Assembly (NCBI GenBank): GCA_963749495.1
Contig: CAVVMW010000015.1
Location: 96,001-160,000, forward strand
Source: an uncultured bacterium
GTDB lineage: Bacteria; Verrucomicrobiota; Verrucomicrobiia; Limisphaerales; UBA8199
DNA: 64,000 nt
Reading direction: 5' to 3'
Below are positions 33,001 through 41,123 of the stretch, piece by piece. Positions within the stretch are counted from its first letter, which is position 1, and every line of letters starts with the position of its first letter. A program made the translations under genes and the position numbers. The notes under the pieces are model-generated. The model was given only the letters and a program-made list of their open reading frames with translations, was not told the origin of the DNA and ran no database searches.

Positions 33001-33322
33001 TGCGCGCCCAATACGGGTCGGTCCCATCCTCGAAGATGACATACACGAACGAGAAGCCGTAGAACGAGTAGCCGCGCACGACCTTCGCCTTTGGCACCGA
33101 GAGCATCTTGGTCGTGATCGGGTAAGTGACCTGGTCCTGGACGATCTGCGGGGCCTGGCCGGGCCATTCGGTATAAACGATGACCTGCACGTCGGAGAGG
33201 TCGGGGATGGCGTCGAGCGGGATATTCTTCACCGCGTAGATGCCGCCCAGCAGCAGTCCGACCGTCCCCAGCACGACGACGAACTTGTTCCGGAGCGAGA
33301 AATCAATGATGCCCTTCAGCAT
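30074..33322 (-). CDS. cusA: CusA/SilA family heavy-metal RND permease
   Basis: DAIPDLSDVQVI, LGPDATGVGW, EFMPPLYEGDLLYMP, RIDMLATGIKTPVGIK, RVRPKAMT. Confidence 0.95.
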   Translation of the reverse strand: MLKGIIDFSLRNKFVVVLGTVGLLLGGIYAVKNIPLDAIPDLSDVQVIVYTEWPGQAPQIVQDQVTYPITTKMLSVPKAKVVRGYSFYGFSFVYVIFEDGTDPYWARSRVLEYLSGLASQLPRNVTPTLGPDATGVGWAFMYSINSTNRDLAELRSMQDWYLRYQLASVEGVSEVASVGGFVKQYQVTVDPAKLRAFNLSISDVARAVQRSNGEVGGRSIELSEKEFMLRVRGYIEGLEDLRSVALGVGAKGVPILLRQVANVEFGPDMRRGIAELNGEGETVGGIVVVRYGANARQVILDVKKRLDAAMKGLPADVTCQIVYDRTALIQRAVNTLEEKLLEESIVVALVCLAFLLHLRSALVAIVILPTAVLISFLVMFGQGISSNIMSLGGIAIAIGAMVDAVIIMIENAHKHLERDQGSKPHWDIIRDASIEVGPALFYSLLVITVSFLPVFTLQAQEGRLFKPLAFTKTYSMAAAAILSITLAPVLMGFFIRGKIPPEEKNPINRLLHWLYHPAINFVIQWRWLVVFLAAALVAWVFFPWNKLAAQLLPDGKAKQWAFSVGRFFPFQNIGSEFMPPLYEGDLLYMPTTFPGISPTKAREILQTTDRIIRRFPEVQQVFGKVGRAETATDPAPFDMIETTIMLKPEEQWPTVEIKDDAGKVLARRRRTPDELEDALNAAVQIPGLANAWTMPIRTRIDMLATGIKTPVGIKVSGPDLAQLERVAIEIEAVAKGVPGTLSTLAERTMGGNYIQFNIDRDAIARYGLTVGDVQDVLEVALGGMPLTTTVEGLERYAVNLRYSRDFRESLGALREIIIPTPTGAQVPLGQLAQIETVHAPMGIKSEAAVPNAWIYVDVKGIDIGTYVQMAMRAVNEAVANGTIKLPSGYNILWSGQYEYMLRASQRLMLVVPLTLLVIILILYLNTRSAIKTAIVMLAVPFSLVGAIGVLALLHYNLSVAVWVGIIALAGLDAETGVVMLLYLDLAYADWQKKGLMRNLTDLRDAIYHGAVKRVRPKAMTASVIIGGLAPILWSHGTGADVMKRIATPMIGGVITSTIMELLVYPAIFFLWRSRPLRRQTKP

Positions 33323-33342
33323 AGCGATTAGGCCCTAGACAA

Positions 33343-33459
33343 CGGATCCCCGAGGTCCTTAGAGCCGCCGTCCGCGAACGGGCCGCCGGGCGGTGTGAAT
33401 ACTGCCGTGTGCCCGAGGTTGCCGTTTTCTACGCTCACGAGCCCGACCACGTCCACTGA
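33343..33459 (+). pseudogene. N-terminal fragment of an HNH endonuclease
   Basis: Reads RIPEVLRAAVRERAAGRCEYCRVPEVAVFYAHEPDHVH*, with the CxxC..DH start of HNH proteins; ends where a repeat element begins. Absent from the ORF track. Confidence 0.75.
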
Positions 33460-33703
33460 ACTGTTCAGGCGATCGGCGGGCTTCGAGACTCCGGCCCAAA
33501 GGGCCGGCAGAGTCCAGCCCAGGGCTGAGGCCGGCAGGCCGATGCCCTGGGAACAAGGCCCGGCGAAGTCGGGCGCGCCCTGAAGGGGCGCCAGAGGTTT
33601 CCGGCGCCCCTTCAGGGCACCGGGTCCGCGTTTGCGGTGCGACCCAGGGCATCGGCCTGCCGGCCTCAGCCCTGGGCTAGGTTCTGGCAGCCCTTTGGGC
33701 CGC
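33460..33703. repeat. ~210-bp palindromic element
   Basis: CGGCCCAAAGGGC..AGCCCAGGGCTGAGGCCGGCAGGCCGATGCCCTGGG..GCCCTGAAGGGGCGCC mirrored on the right; the left end ACTGTTCAGG is shared with 17665. Confidence 0.88.
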
Positions 33704-33786
33704 GACGCAACATGGGGATGGTGCCTCATCCTCTCCGCAGTTGATTCAGGGCGCGACATTCCTCTTGTACCTTTGCTCATGTCGGC

Positions 33787-35211
33787 TCACCTCATCCCGC
33801 CCGGACCAGCCTTGCCGGGCGAGGCCCGGGTGCCGCTATTGATCCCGCCCGCCCCCGAAGCCATCGGCGCACTGGCGGGTGCCATACCCTGGACGATCAG
33901 GGACAACTCGGCGAGGACCACCTCCCTTTGCATGGCCGTTTCCACCTTGGCCAGTTCGAACCCGAGCAGGGTCCGCTCACTGTCAGTCAGATTAAAGAAA
34001 TCGATCTGGCCGTCCAGGTAACCTGAGCGGGCGACCTCCAACGACCGGCGCGCCTTGGGCAAGAGTTGTTCATTGAGCAGCGCCAGGTTGCGCGTGGCCT
34101 CCCGATACAAGTACGACCTCTGGGCAAAATCGACTGCGAGCGCGATCTCTTCGCCCGAGAGCCGCGCCTCGGCCGAGCGCTTGTTGGCCTGGGCCTCGGC
34201 GATTTGTGCCGCGATCTTGTCGCGCCAGATCGGGAGCGAGACGGCGCCCGGATTTCCGGGCAAACGGTAGAGCGTCGGACTGGTCTGAGCATCAGCCATG
34301 AAGCCCAGACTGAAATCGGGCAGGCGCGCCTTTCGGGCCAAAAGGATCGAGGCCTCCGCAGCCCGGATCTCGGCGTCCATGGCCTTGAGACGCTGATTCT
34401 GGGCCAGAGCGGTTTCGAAGAGTTTGTCCGATGTCAGGTCCAGCGAGGTGGACTCGAAGTGCTGCGGCAGGGGTGGCGCCGGCTCCTGGGCCTTCATCCC
34501 CAGGGCGGCTTTGAACTGCGCCATGAGGGCGCTGCGCGAATCCTCCAGGTTGGCGAGCTCGGTCCGCAAGCGGTCCTCCTCGATTTGAGCCCGCAGCACG
34601 TCCTGGAGGGTGACCTTGCCGACCTCGTTCCGGGTGCGGGCCAGCGTTTCCAAACCGCTCAGCAATCGCAGGGTTTCGCGGTTGACCCGGATTTTTTCCT
34701 CCACGAAATAGAGTTGATAGTAGGCGCGCTTCACCTCGAAGGCGGTCCGGAGGACGGCGGAGCGGAACGTGAAGTATTTGGCCTGGCTTTGGGCCGAGGC
34801 GGCCTCGGCGCTGGCCCGCAGTTTGTCAGGCCAGGGAATGTTGCCCATCAGACCGGGCATGAGCGAGGTGACGACGTTCTGAATATCCATTTGAAACGTC
34901 AACTGCGGGTCGGGAAACGACCGCGCCTGCGCGATGCGCTCGACCCAGGCCGCCCAGTCGTAGTAGGCCGCTTCCACGCCAGGCACGTTGAGCATGGCGT
35001 AGGTGAGAAAGTTGCTCAGACTCGAATTGGGCGTCAGCACCGGAAGCGCGGGTTTGTTGCCCCCGGGCCGATACTCGGCCGCAACGGCTTGCGCCTGCTG
35101 GCGGGCGGCTGTCTCCCCTTTGGGGGGAATCCCTTTGCACCCTGCCAGGAGCAGGCCCGCGGCGGCAACACCCGCCACACCGGCGGTGCGGCTCAATCGG
35201 AAACCGTTCAT
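33787..35211 (-). CDS. TolC-family outer-membrane efflux lipoprotein (CusC-like)
   Basis: Lipobox LLLAGC, two OEP repeats (FPDPQL, LPDFSLG..SLPIW), upstream of cusA. Confidence 0.9.
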   Translation of the reverse strand: MNGFRLSRTAGVAGVAAAGLLLAGCKGIPPKGETAARQQAQAVAAEYRPGGNKPALPVLTPNSSLSNFLTYAMLNVPGVEAAYYDWAAWVERIAQARSFPDPQLTFQMDIQNVVTSLMPGLMGNIPWPDKLRASAEAASAQSQAKYFTFRSAVLRTAFEVKRAYYQLYFVEEKIRVNRETLRLLSGLETLARTRNEVGKVTLQDVLRAQIEEDRLRTELANLEDSRSALMAQFKAALGMKAQEPAPPLPQHFESTSLDLTSDKLFETALAQNQRLKAMDAEIRAAEASILLARKARLPDFSLGFMADAQTSPTLYRLPGNPGAVSLPIWRDKIAAQIAEAQANKRSAEARLSGEEIALAVDFAQRSYLYREATRNLALLNEQLLPKARRSLEVARSGYLDGQIDFFNLTDSERTLLGFELAKVETAMQREVVLAELSLIVQGMAPASAPMASGAGGINSGTRASPGKAGPGGMR

Positions 35212-35345
35212 AATGCGCTCACCTGCATCTTCCTTTTCCACTACGCCGCAGAGTGCGCCTCCCCTCTGCTGATTTCCAGAAAAATGAAATGAGGCTGCTT
35301 TGTCTTGCCACGGGCTCGCGGCTCAGCTTAGGGTTCAGGCATCTG

Positions 35346-35826
35346 ATGAGCTTCGCTATCAGCCCAATCACGCCTGCCGAAATCCCGGAACTGCTGACGC
35401 TGATCCGCGAGTTGGCCCGGTTCGAGCGCCTGGAGCACGAGGTCGAGGCCACCGTGGAGTCCCTGCACGATTGCCTCTTCGGTCCACAACTGGTGGCCAG
35501 CGCGCTGTTGGCGCGCCAGGACCAGGAACTGGCCGGCTACGCCATTTACTTCTTCACCTTCTCCAGCTTCGTCGGCCGCCGAGGGCTTTGGCTGGACGAT
35601 GTTCTATGTGCGGCCGGCCTTTCGCTGGCAGGGCCTGGGCCGGGCCTTGCTCAGGCAGGTGGCCGGCATAGCGGCGCGCCGCGGCTGCGGCCGCCTCGAG
35701 TGGTCGGCCCTGCGTTGGAACCAGGACGCCTTGCAGTTCTATGCGAAGCTGGGCGCGACACCGCTTGACGAATGGGTCACATTCCGCATGAAGGAACAAG
35801 AAATCAGGAAGCTGGCCCAGGACTGA
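35346..35826 (+). CDS. GNAT (diamine acetyltransferase-like) N-acetyltransferase, frameshift ~35605
   Basis: LIRELARFERL, FSSFVGRRGLWLDD / YVRPAFRWQGLGRALL..RLEWSALRWN..FYAKLGA. Confidence 0.88.
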
Positions 35827-36163
35827 GGTCGGCGAGGATCGCCTCCACCTGCCTCACCAAAGCTGGCGCGTGTGTGACCAGTACATCCCAGATGATCTCG
35901 TAATCCACGCCATCGTAACCATGGGCGAGCCAGTTCCTCATGCCGATGATCTGTCGCCACGGGATTGCCGGATAGCGCCGCTGGACCTCATCGGGCACGC
36001 GGTTCGCCGCTTCGCCGATCAGTTCCACGATGCGCTCGGCATGGCGGCGGAAGCCCCGATCGCGGTCGAGGTCCGCACGCACGCGCCCGACCGCGACTTC
36101 GGTCGCCTCCTGAGCGAAATCCCGCAACTCCCGCAGCGTTGTCAGAACGTCGCCGCCACTCAT
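35804..36163 (-). CDS. HepT-like HEPN ribonuclease toxin (DUF86)
   Basis: ELIGEAA..IPWRQIIGMRNWLAHGY, containing the RX4H HEPN motif. Confidence 0.92.
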   Translation of the reverse strand: MSGGDVLTTLRELRDFAQEATEVAVGRVRADLDRDRGFRRHAERIVELIGEAANRVPDEVQRRYPAIPWRQIIGMRNWLAHGYDGVDYEIIWDVLVTHAPALVRQVEAILADLSPGPAS

Positions 36164-36169
36164 GGATCG

Positions 36170-36481
36170 TCATCCCCGCTCATAGATCGCCAAGGCCGTA
36201 GCCTGAACCTTCTCCCGAAAGTACTTGCTCAACATTGCGGGCGTATTGAAGTCCAGCTTCCCGGGCAGCAGGGCTGTGAGTTCATCCTGGTAACGGAAGT
36301 GGGCCAGCCCTGGATGCCGCCCGGGCGAGTATTCTACCAGCACATCAACGTCACTCCGCTGCGGGTCGAAATCATCCCGCAACACCGAGCCGAACAAGCT
36401 CAGTTTGCGAATGCCCCGCTCGCGGCAAAAGGCCGCGATTTTCTCGGAGTCTACTCGGATCGGCAGGTCGGAGATGCTCAT
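36170..36481 (-). CDS. Minimal nucleotidyltransferase (MntA-like antitoxin)
   Basis: LFGSVLRDDF...SDVDVLV motif; directly upstream of the HEPN gene. Confidence 0.92.
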   Translation of the reverse strand: MSISDLPIRVDSEKIAAFCRERGIRKLSLFGSVLRDDFDPQRSDVDVLVEYSPGRHPGLAHFRYQDELTALLPGKLDFNTPAMLSKYFREKVQATALAIYERG

Positions 36482-36601
36482 AATCCGGGGTCCGGAGAAC
36501 GAATAATTGCCATAGCTCGATCATAATGCTTTGTGCGGGCGGCGCAAGCCCTCCAAGCCTTCGGAAGATACCCTGCGCCAATTCAATCCCCAAGCCGGCC
36601 C

Positions 36602-38122
36602 TCATCGAGCCCGCCACAGGCAGGTGGTGATCGAGAGGGGCGCGAGCGTCAGGCGCGCGGATCCAGGGCCGAAGTCCAGGCGGACCTCGTTGGCGGCGTC
36701 GCGGCTGTTGATGAGTTCGGCTATCAACCCGCCTTCGGGGCCTTTGAAGGCCAGGCACCGCGCGCCTGCGGCCGAGCCCGTCACCGCCAGGCGCACGGCC
36801 CCCGGGCGCACGAATTTGCTGAAGTGGGCCAGGTAGTAATAGCAGCCGGTGTAGATGACCTGGTGGGTCTCCCGGTGGATGATGACGACCGGGTGCTGAA
36901 TGTTGTCCTCGGGGTTGCCATGAATGGGGGAGACCAGCCACGGACCGCCGTTCTGGTCGAGGATGAGGTTCCAGTAAATCCAGGCGGAGGCGCCCGCCTC
37001 GATGTCGGAGAAGATCTGCTGCCCCCAAAAATCGCCGTCCTCGAAATCCGTGCGAGGCAGTTTCATCTGCTTGGGGGTGCCAGCCTCGTAGGCATGGCAC
37101 AGTTCGGTCATCCAAAGCGGCAGCTCCGGGTAGCGCGCGTGCAGGCCGGCGATGGCCTGGAAGTGCGTGTGGTCGTAACCGTGGTAGGGCAACACAGCCA
37201 GGCAGCGGCGCGCCTGCGGGTCGTCCAGCACGACCGGGTAGCTCTTCCCGGCCTCGTCCCGGCTGGGCGCCTCGCTGGGCATGAGCCGGGTGCTCAGGCC
37301 CGAGCGCGCCAGCAACGGGGCCACATGGCCCGTCAACAGCTCGCGAATCTTGCTGTAAGCAATCTTCGTATAGACCCCCGGCTCGTTGAAGAGGCTCAGG
37401 TAATCGATGTGTACCCCATTCCTCTCGTACTCCTGGAGATACCGCAGGTAGTAGAGCGCCAGCGCGTCGAAGTATTTCGGGTCCACGTCCTGGTTGGTCT
37501 TGACATCGAAGAGCATCCAGTCCGGCGGATAGTCCATGGGCGCCTGGAGCACGAAACGGCCGTGTTTTTGGGCGCGCTTGATGAACGGGACCAGGCCATT
37601 GGGGCCGAGGTCGCGGGCGATGCTGAAGTGCTTCATCTCCACGTCGCCCGGCGTGTCGTCGTAAGTGTACCACGGCCCGGCCGACATGAAGTCCGTGCCG
37701 GCCAGGGGCGTCTTCATGGCGGAGAAACCGGCGCCACGGTCAGGATCGAAAAGGGCCTCCAGCACCTTTTCCTGGGCCTCAGCCGGCAGGGTGTTCAGGC
37801 AAACCATCCCGGCTTCGAGGATCGACCCGCCAAAACCGGCCATGGTCTGGAGCGTGACCTGGTCGTCGATGCGAAAGGCGTTGGTGTCAGGCCCGGACCG
37901 GGCGGCAAATCGGAGCGCCGGCTGGGTGGCGAGCCGCTCGCCTGTTTTGGCCGACACGATGAGCGTCACCTCCTGGCCCGGCGCGACCCCAGCGCACCAA
38001 CCGGCTGCCAGCGCCAAAACAAGCCAGCGCCCCAGGGCCGGGCGCGCCCGATACAGCCCGCCCTTTCTTGAGTTCGAGGAAGTCAGGAGCGACGTGGATG
38101 CGCTGGCAGGATGAGTCTTCAT
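36602..38122 (-). CDS. GH30 glycoside hydrolase (glucosylceramidase/beta-1,6-glucanase-like), secreted
   Basis: QTMAGFGG, TDF..YTYDD, acid/base NEP, nucleophile WMTE, WIYWNLILD..GGP, LAHFSKFVRPGA. Confidence 0.92.
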   Translation of the reverse strand: MKTHPASASTSLLTSSNSRKGGLYRARPALGRWLVLALAAGWCAGVAPGQEVTLIVSAKTGERLATQPALRFAARSGPDTNAFRIDDQVTLQTMAGFGGSILEAGMVCLNTLPAEAQEKVLEALFDPDRGAGFSAMKTPLAGTDFMSAGPWYTYDDTPGDVEMKHFSIARDLGPNGLVPFIKRAQKHGRFVLQAPMDYPPDWMLFDVKTNQDVDPKYFDALALYYLRYLQEYERNGVHIDYLSLFNEPGVYTKIAYSKIRELLTGHVAPLLARSGLSTRLMPSEAPSRDEAGKSYPVVLDDPQARRCLAVLPYHGYDHTHFQAIAGLHARYPELPLWMTELCHAYEAGTPKQMKLPRTDFEDGDFWGQQIFSDIEAGASAWIYWNLILDQNGGPWLVSPIHGNPEDNIQHPVVIIHRETHQVIYTGCYYYLAHFSKFVRPGAVRLAVTGSAAGARCLAFKGPEGGLIAELINSRDAANEVRLDFGPGSARLTLAPLSITTCLWRAR

Positions 38123-38398
38123 ATCATTTTCCGGGTCCCGGCAGTAGAGCAAGGAAAAGCGGTCTTGTCAATGCGGCCTCTGAATTGCAGACCCCCGGGC
38201 CTAAACAGGCTCAGTCCCGCATTTTCGCATGTTCCTGCTTTCTGATTCCAGGAGGCCAGCATGCGCGCCGACCCGAACGCTTGTGTTTCACGGTCAATTA
38301 CGAGGCCCTGAACCGGCTCACAACGGGAAGAATCCTCCGTCGAGCGTCGAGGGTGACCACCGTGGCCCGAATCGGCCGGTTGGTCAAGGAGGCGCAGC

Positions 38399-38443
38399 CT
38401 TCCCAAGCCTGAGATGAGGGTTCGATTCCCTTCACCCGCTCCA
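38399..38443 (+). tRNA. 3' half of tRNA-Gly(CCC) only; att-site-like fragment
   Basis: CTTCCCAAGCCTGAGATGAGGGTTCGATTCCCTTCACCCGCTCCA gives anticodon loop, T arm, acceptor 3' strand and CCA; the required 5' GCGGGTG strand and D arm are absent upstream. Confidence 0.85.
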
Positions 38444-38539
38444 TTGATTATCAAGGACTTACCGTTTTCCAGGGAAAGATGCGTCCGGGCGGGCGAGCCT
38501 TGGCGTCCCTTCAGGCGCCGGCGGTGATAAATCGATGAA

Positions 38540-38569
38540 TTGACCGCTGCAGTTAAGTTTTGGTATATT
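38540..38569 (+). promoter_or_regulatory. Sigma70 promoter with extended -10, probably leaderless
   Basis: TTGACC-N18-TATATT preceded by TG; ATG 7 nt downstream at 38577. Confidence 0.65.
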
Positions 38570-38576
38570 GCAGGCA

Positions 38577-38958
38577 ATGAGAACGTCCGGAAAGGAAACG
38601 CGAGCAGAGGCATCACCGAACAGTTCCACCGCCAGGTGTGGATTTGGCCGCCCTAGCGGACGAAGTTCGGTATGTTGGCAGTCCTGAACACAAGCTGACG
38701 GCCTCGTTCGCTGGACACCCCGCTCCAAGATCGGACGCCTCTATTTGCGACTCGTCACTGGCAAACCAGCGAGAGATGGTTCAGTCCTGGCTCCGCGAAG
38801 CCTTGCGTTCTGGAAACTGCGGAGGTCCTTGGGAGGGACGCTTCCCTCGCTACGTTTGGAGGAGAGCCGGCCAAGAAGCCCACGAGGCCCGGCTCACAAA
38901 TCGCTCAACCGGCGAATATAAGGGCTATCCGATAGGAATTGAAGAATGCCCGATCTAG
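38577..38958 (+). CDS. Small hypothetical protein; start probably 38577 with a 1-bp indel at ~38582, otherwise GTG 38638
   Basis: Open frame from 38581; motifs YVGSPEHK, PRSDASIC, FPRYVW, EARLTN, YKGYP; overlaps the next gene by 13 bp. Confidence 0.75.
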
Positions 38959-40262
38959 GCAACAATCTCAAGCTTTCGGTCGAATGGGAAGACCCGGGGG
39001 CCGCGAGGGGAGAAGAGTTGCGCGCAACCTGGTGTCGTCTTTCGATCCACGTGGGGCAGACGCCTGTAACGCGCGTCCATGATGAGCGAGCCCAAACCGT
39101 TCGCGAGGCGGTTTACTGCTCTGCATACCCATTGGCGGAATGGTTCGCCTTCAATTGGTGGCCGTTGCTCAACGAGCCTGAACGGCCACTCTTATCCTCC
39201 GTCGGCGAGCGCCATAATTTGCGCAATGCTCGGGAGGGGTTTGCGCTTCCTGATCTGGAGTTGTTTTCGGAGGATTCTCTGATTCGCGCCGTGTGGAAAC
39301 CGTACAAACCGGCTGCTGCACCGGTGCGATTTCTCGACAAAGGCTTCGCTCTCCTGGACAGCGAAGCGGTGGCGTCGGAAATAGGAGCTTTCGTTGACAA
39401 GGTCGTGGCGAGGTTGGAATCAAAAGACGTGTCGCAGGCCTGCCTGAATGACGAATGGAGGGCGATCCGTCAAGCGTCACAAGCAGAACGGGAGTTCTGT
39501 GAAACCACAGGCGCACTTGGCCTTGACCCTTATGCCTTGGACGATGGCAAGGCGGAGGAGATTCTTTCCATTGCCGAGAGTCTCCCCGTCGAGATGAAAC
39601 GAGAATTCTTCCTGGCTGCGGATTCGGCCGCTCTCACCCAACAAGCCCAGTGGATTTTGAAATGTCTTCGGCAGTTGGGGGGATTCGAGATTAAGACGAA
39701 ACTGGCGGGAAAAAAGGGGCTTTATCATGGACAGGCGGGAGCCTCGACGCCTTGGCAGAAAGGATACGATCTCGCCAGAACCTTCAGAAAGGATTTTGGT
39801 CTTGGCAAAACAGATAAACCGCTGAGTATTGAAAAACTGTGCGGCCTGAAGAAGGGCAACCTCCCGGTGATCCGGGTCGGTGATGAGCGTCAATTGGATG
39901 CGGTCGCTAAACTTACACCCGAGCTTGGACCGCAGGTGGCGACCTCCAAAAACCGCGAGAGCAGCAAGCATTACTTGTTGGCCCGGGCGGTTTGTGAGTA
40001 TTTGTGCAGTGGCCTGGAGGAATCCGCACTTCTGACGCGTGTCAGTTCTGACAAACAGAAGCGCAATCGGGCATTCGCGGCGGAGTTGCTTGCGCCTGCA
40101 AACGGCGTCCGCAAGCTCTTATCTGGATCTCGAATACTCCGCGATGAAGTCGCCGAAGTTGCAGATCACTTTGGCGTGTCAGAGTGGCTTGTCGAGCATC
40201 AAGTGCAGAACCACCGGATTGCCGTCATCGAGGAAACAACACCTTTGTTGGCATCCGAGTGA
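38946..40262 (+). CDS. Hypothetical protein with a C-terminal ImmA/IrrE (peptidase M78)-like domain lacking HExxH
   Basis: QKRNRAFAAELLAP...EVADHFGVS matches the IrrE C-terminal pattern; YLLARAVCEYL sits where FTLAHELGH is expected. Confidence 0.7.
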   Translation: MPDLGNNLKLSVEWEDPGAARGEELRATWCRLSIHVGQTPVTRVHDERAQTVREAVYCSAYPLAEWFAFNWWPLLNEPERPLLSSVGERHNLRNAREGFALPDLELFSEDSLIRAVWKPYKPAAAPVRFLDKGFALLDSEAVASEIGAFVDKVVARLESKDVSQACLNDEWRAIRQASQAEREFCETTGALGLDPYALDDGKAEEILSIAESLPVEMKREFFLAADSAALTQQAQWILKCLRQLGGFEIKTKLAGKKGLYHGQAGASTPWQKGYDLARTFRKDFGLGKTDKPLSIEKLCGLKKGNLPVIRVGDERQLDAVAKLTPELGPQVATSKNRESSKHYLLARAVCEYLCSGLEESALLTRVSSDKQKRNRAFAAELLAPANGVRKLLSGSRILRDEVAEVADHFGVSEWLVEHQVQNHRIAVIEETTPLLASE

Positions 40263-40355
40263 TTTGGCGGCAGGGCGCCTTTCGACACAACCGCTATGCG
40301 GCCCTCTTGTTTGCGCTGACAAGCTACGGGGCCCGGGAAAGGGGGCAAACCGAGG

Positions 40356-40438
40356 GCAAGGGGATCAAACCATAACTTTTCCACGACTGAAGGCGGCGCT
40401 TTCACAGAGGAAAAGTTATGGTTGACCCCTTTTCTTGC
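40356..40438. repeat. Palindrome GGGGATCAAACCATAACTTTTCC...GGAAAAGTTATGGTTGACCCC
   Basis: Read directly; a related GGGGTCAG half-site occurs at ~46287. Confidence 0.8.
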
Positions 40439-40439
40439 C

Positions 40440-40688
40440 ATCAGGTCCTGCCCACGTTTCCCCCACCCCCTCTTACCATCCCGTACGGCGAGTTTTCCCC
40501 AACGGTTGGAAGCCAGCCTTGTCGCTCGGCGCCCTTCCGCAGCCGTCCCCGGCGGCGTTTGATGCGGAGCCTGCGTTCCTTTCCGTGTCTGGCTCAGAGT
40601 CCAGATGTATCGGTCCGCGGCTGTGCCCAGAGGCCCTTGGCTCAGCACGGTTTGCACCTGCGAGCATGTCCAAGGTTGAAGGCTGCAC
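40440..40688 (-). mobile_element. Probable group II intron relic (3' portion, degenerate domain V/VI, no ORF)
   Basis: Minus strand AACCGTTGGGGAAAACTCGCCGTACGGGATGGTAAGAGGGGG resembles domain V plus the start of domain VI; bounded by repeats on both sides. Confidence 0.5.
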
Positions 40689-40740
40689 ATAGGAATTTGC
40701 TTTTTTGCCGCGCCGCCGATTATTGACGCTACGCGGGTGA
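40689..40740 (+). repeat. ~50-bp junction element, copy 1
   Basis: ATAGGAATTTGCTTTTTTGCCGCGCCGCCGATTATTGACGCTACGCGGGTGA; near-identical to 43083 and 44811. Confidence 0.9.
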
Positions 40741-40883
40741 TCTACACCCTCATCCAAAGCTGCCGCCGTTATGGGATCAATCCGCAGGATTACCTCACCG
40801 GCGTTCTGCAGCGCCTGCCATCAATGACCAGCAGCCAGGTGCGGCAGTTACTGCCCGCCAACTGGAAGCCCCGCCAGGCCTAG
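40737..40883 (+). pseudogene. IS66-family transposase C-terminal fragment
   Basis: VIYTLIQSCRRYGINPQDYLTGVLQRLPSMTSSQVRQLLPANW*. Absent from the ORF track. Confidence 0.88.
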
Positions 40884-41123
40884 CCGGGCCGCCGACCTTA
40901 ACAGGGGGGGCCGAACTGGATCTCTTCATTTTAGCAGTCGTCGTGCCCGCGTCTACGCCGCACCCCCCATATCGCTTACTGCAAAAATGGGGAATGGCAA
41001 ATGCTCGATGCTCAGTGCTCAATGAGTGAGCACCAGGTCGAAACCGTGGCCACGCCAAGGACTGGCGTTGAGCCAAAGGCCCGGCCCCATGGATACTTGC
41101 CGCCCCACTCGGGTAGCACGTGG

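Noticed and set aside
33328..33780. 150-aa minus-strand ORF as the missing cusB
   Set aside because: Too short, no membrane-fusion features, and mostly translation of a palindrome plus the antisense of an HNH fragment.
38368..38443. Intact tRNA-Gly gene
   Set aside because: No 5' acceptor strand complementary to CACCCGC and no D arm; only the 3' half is present.
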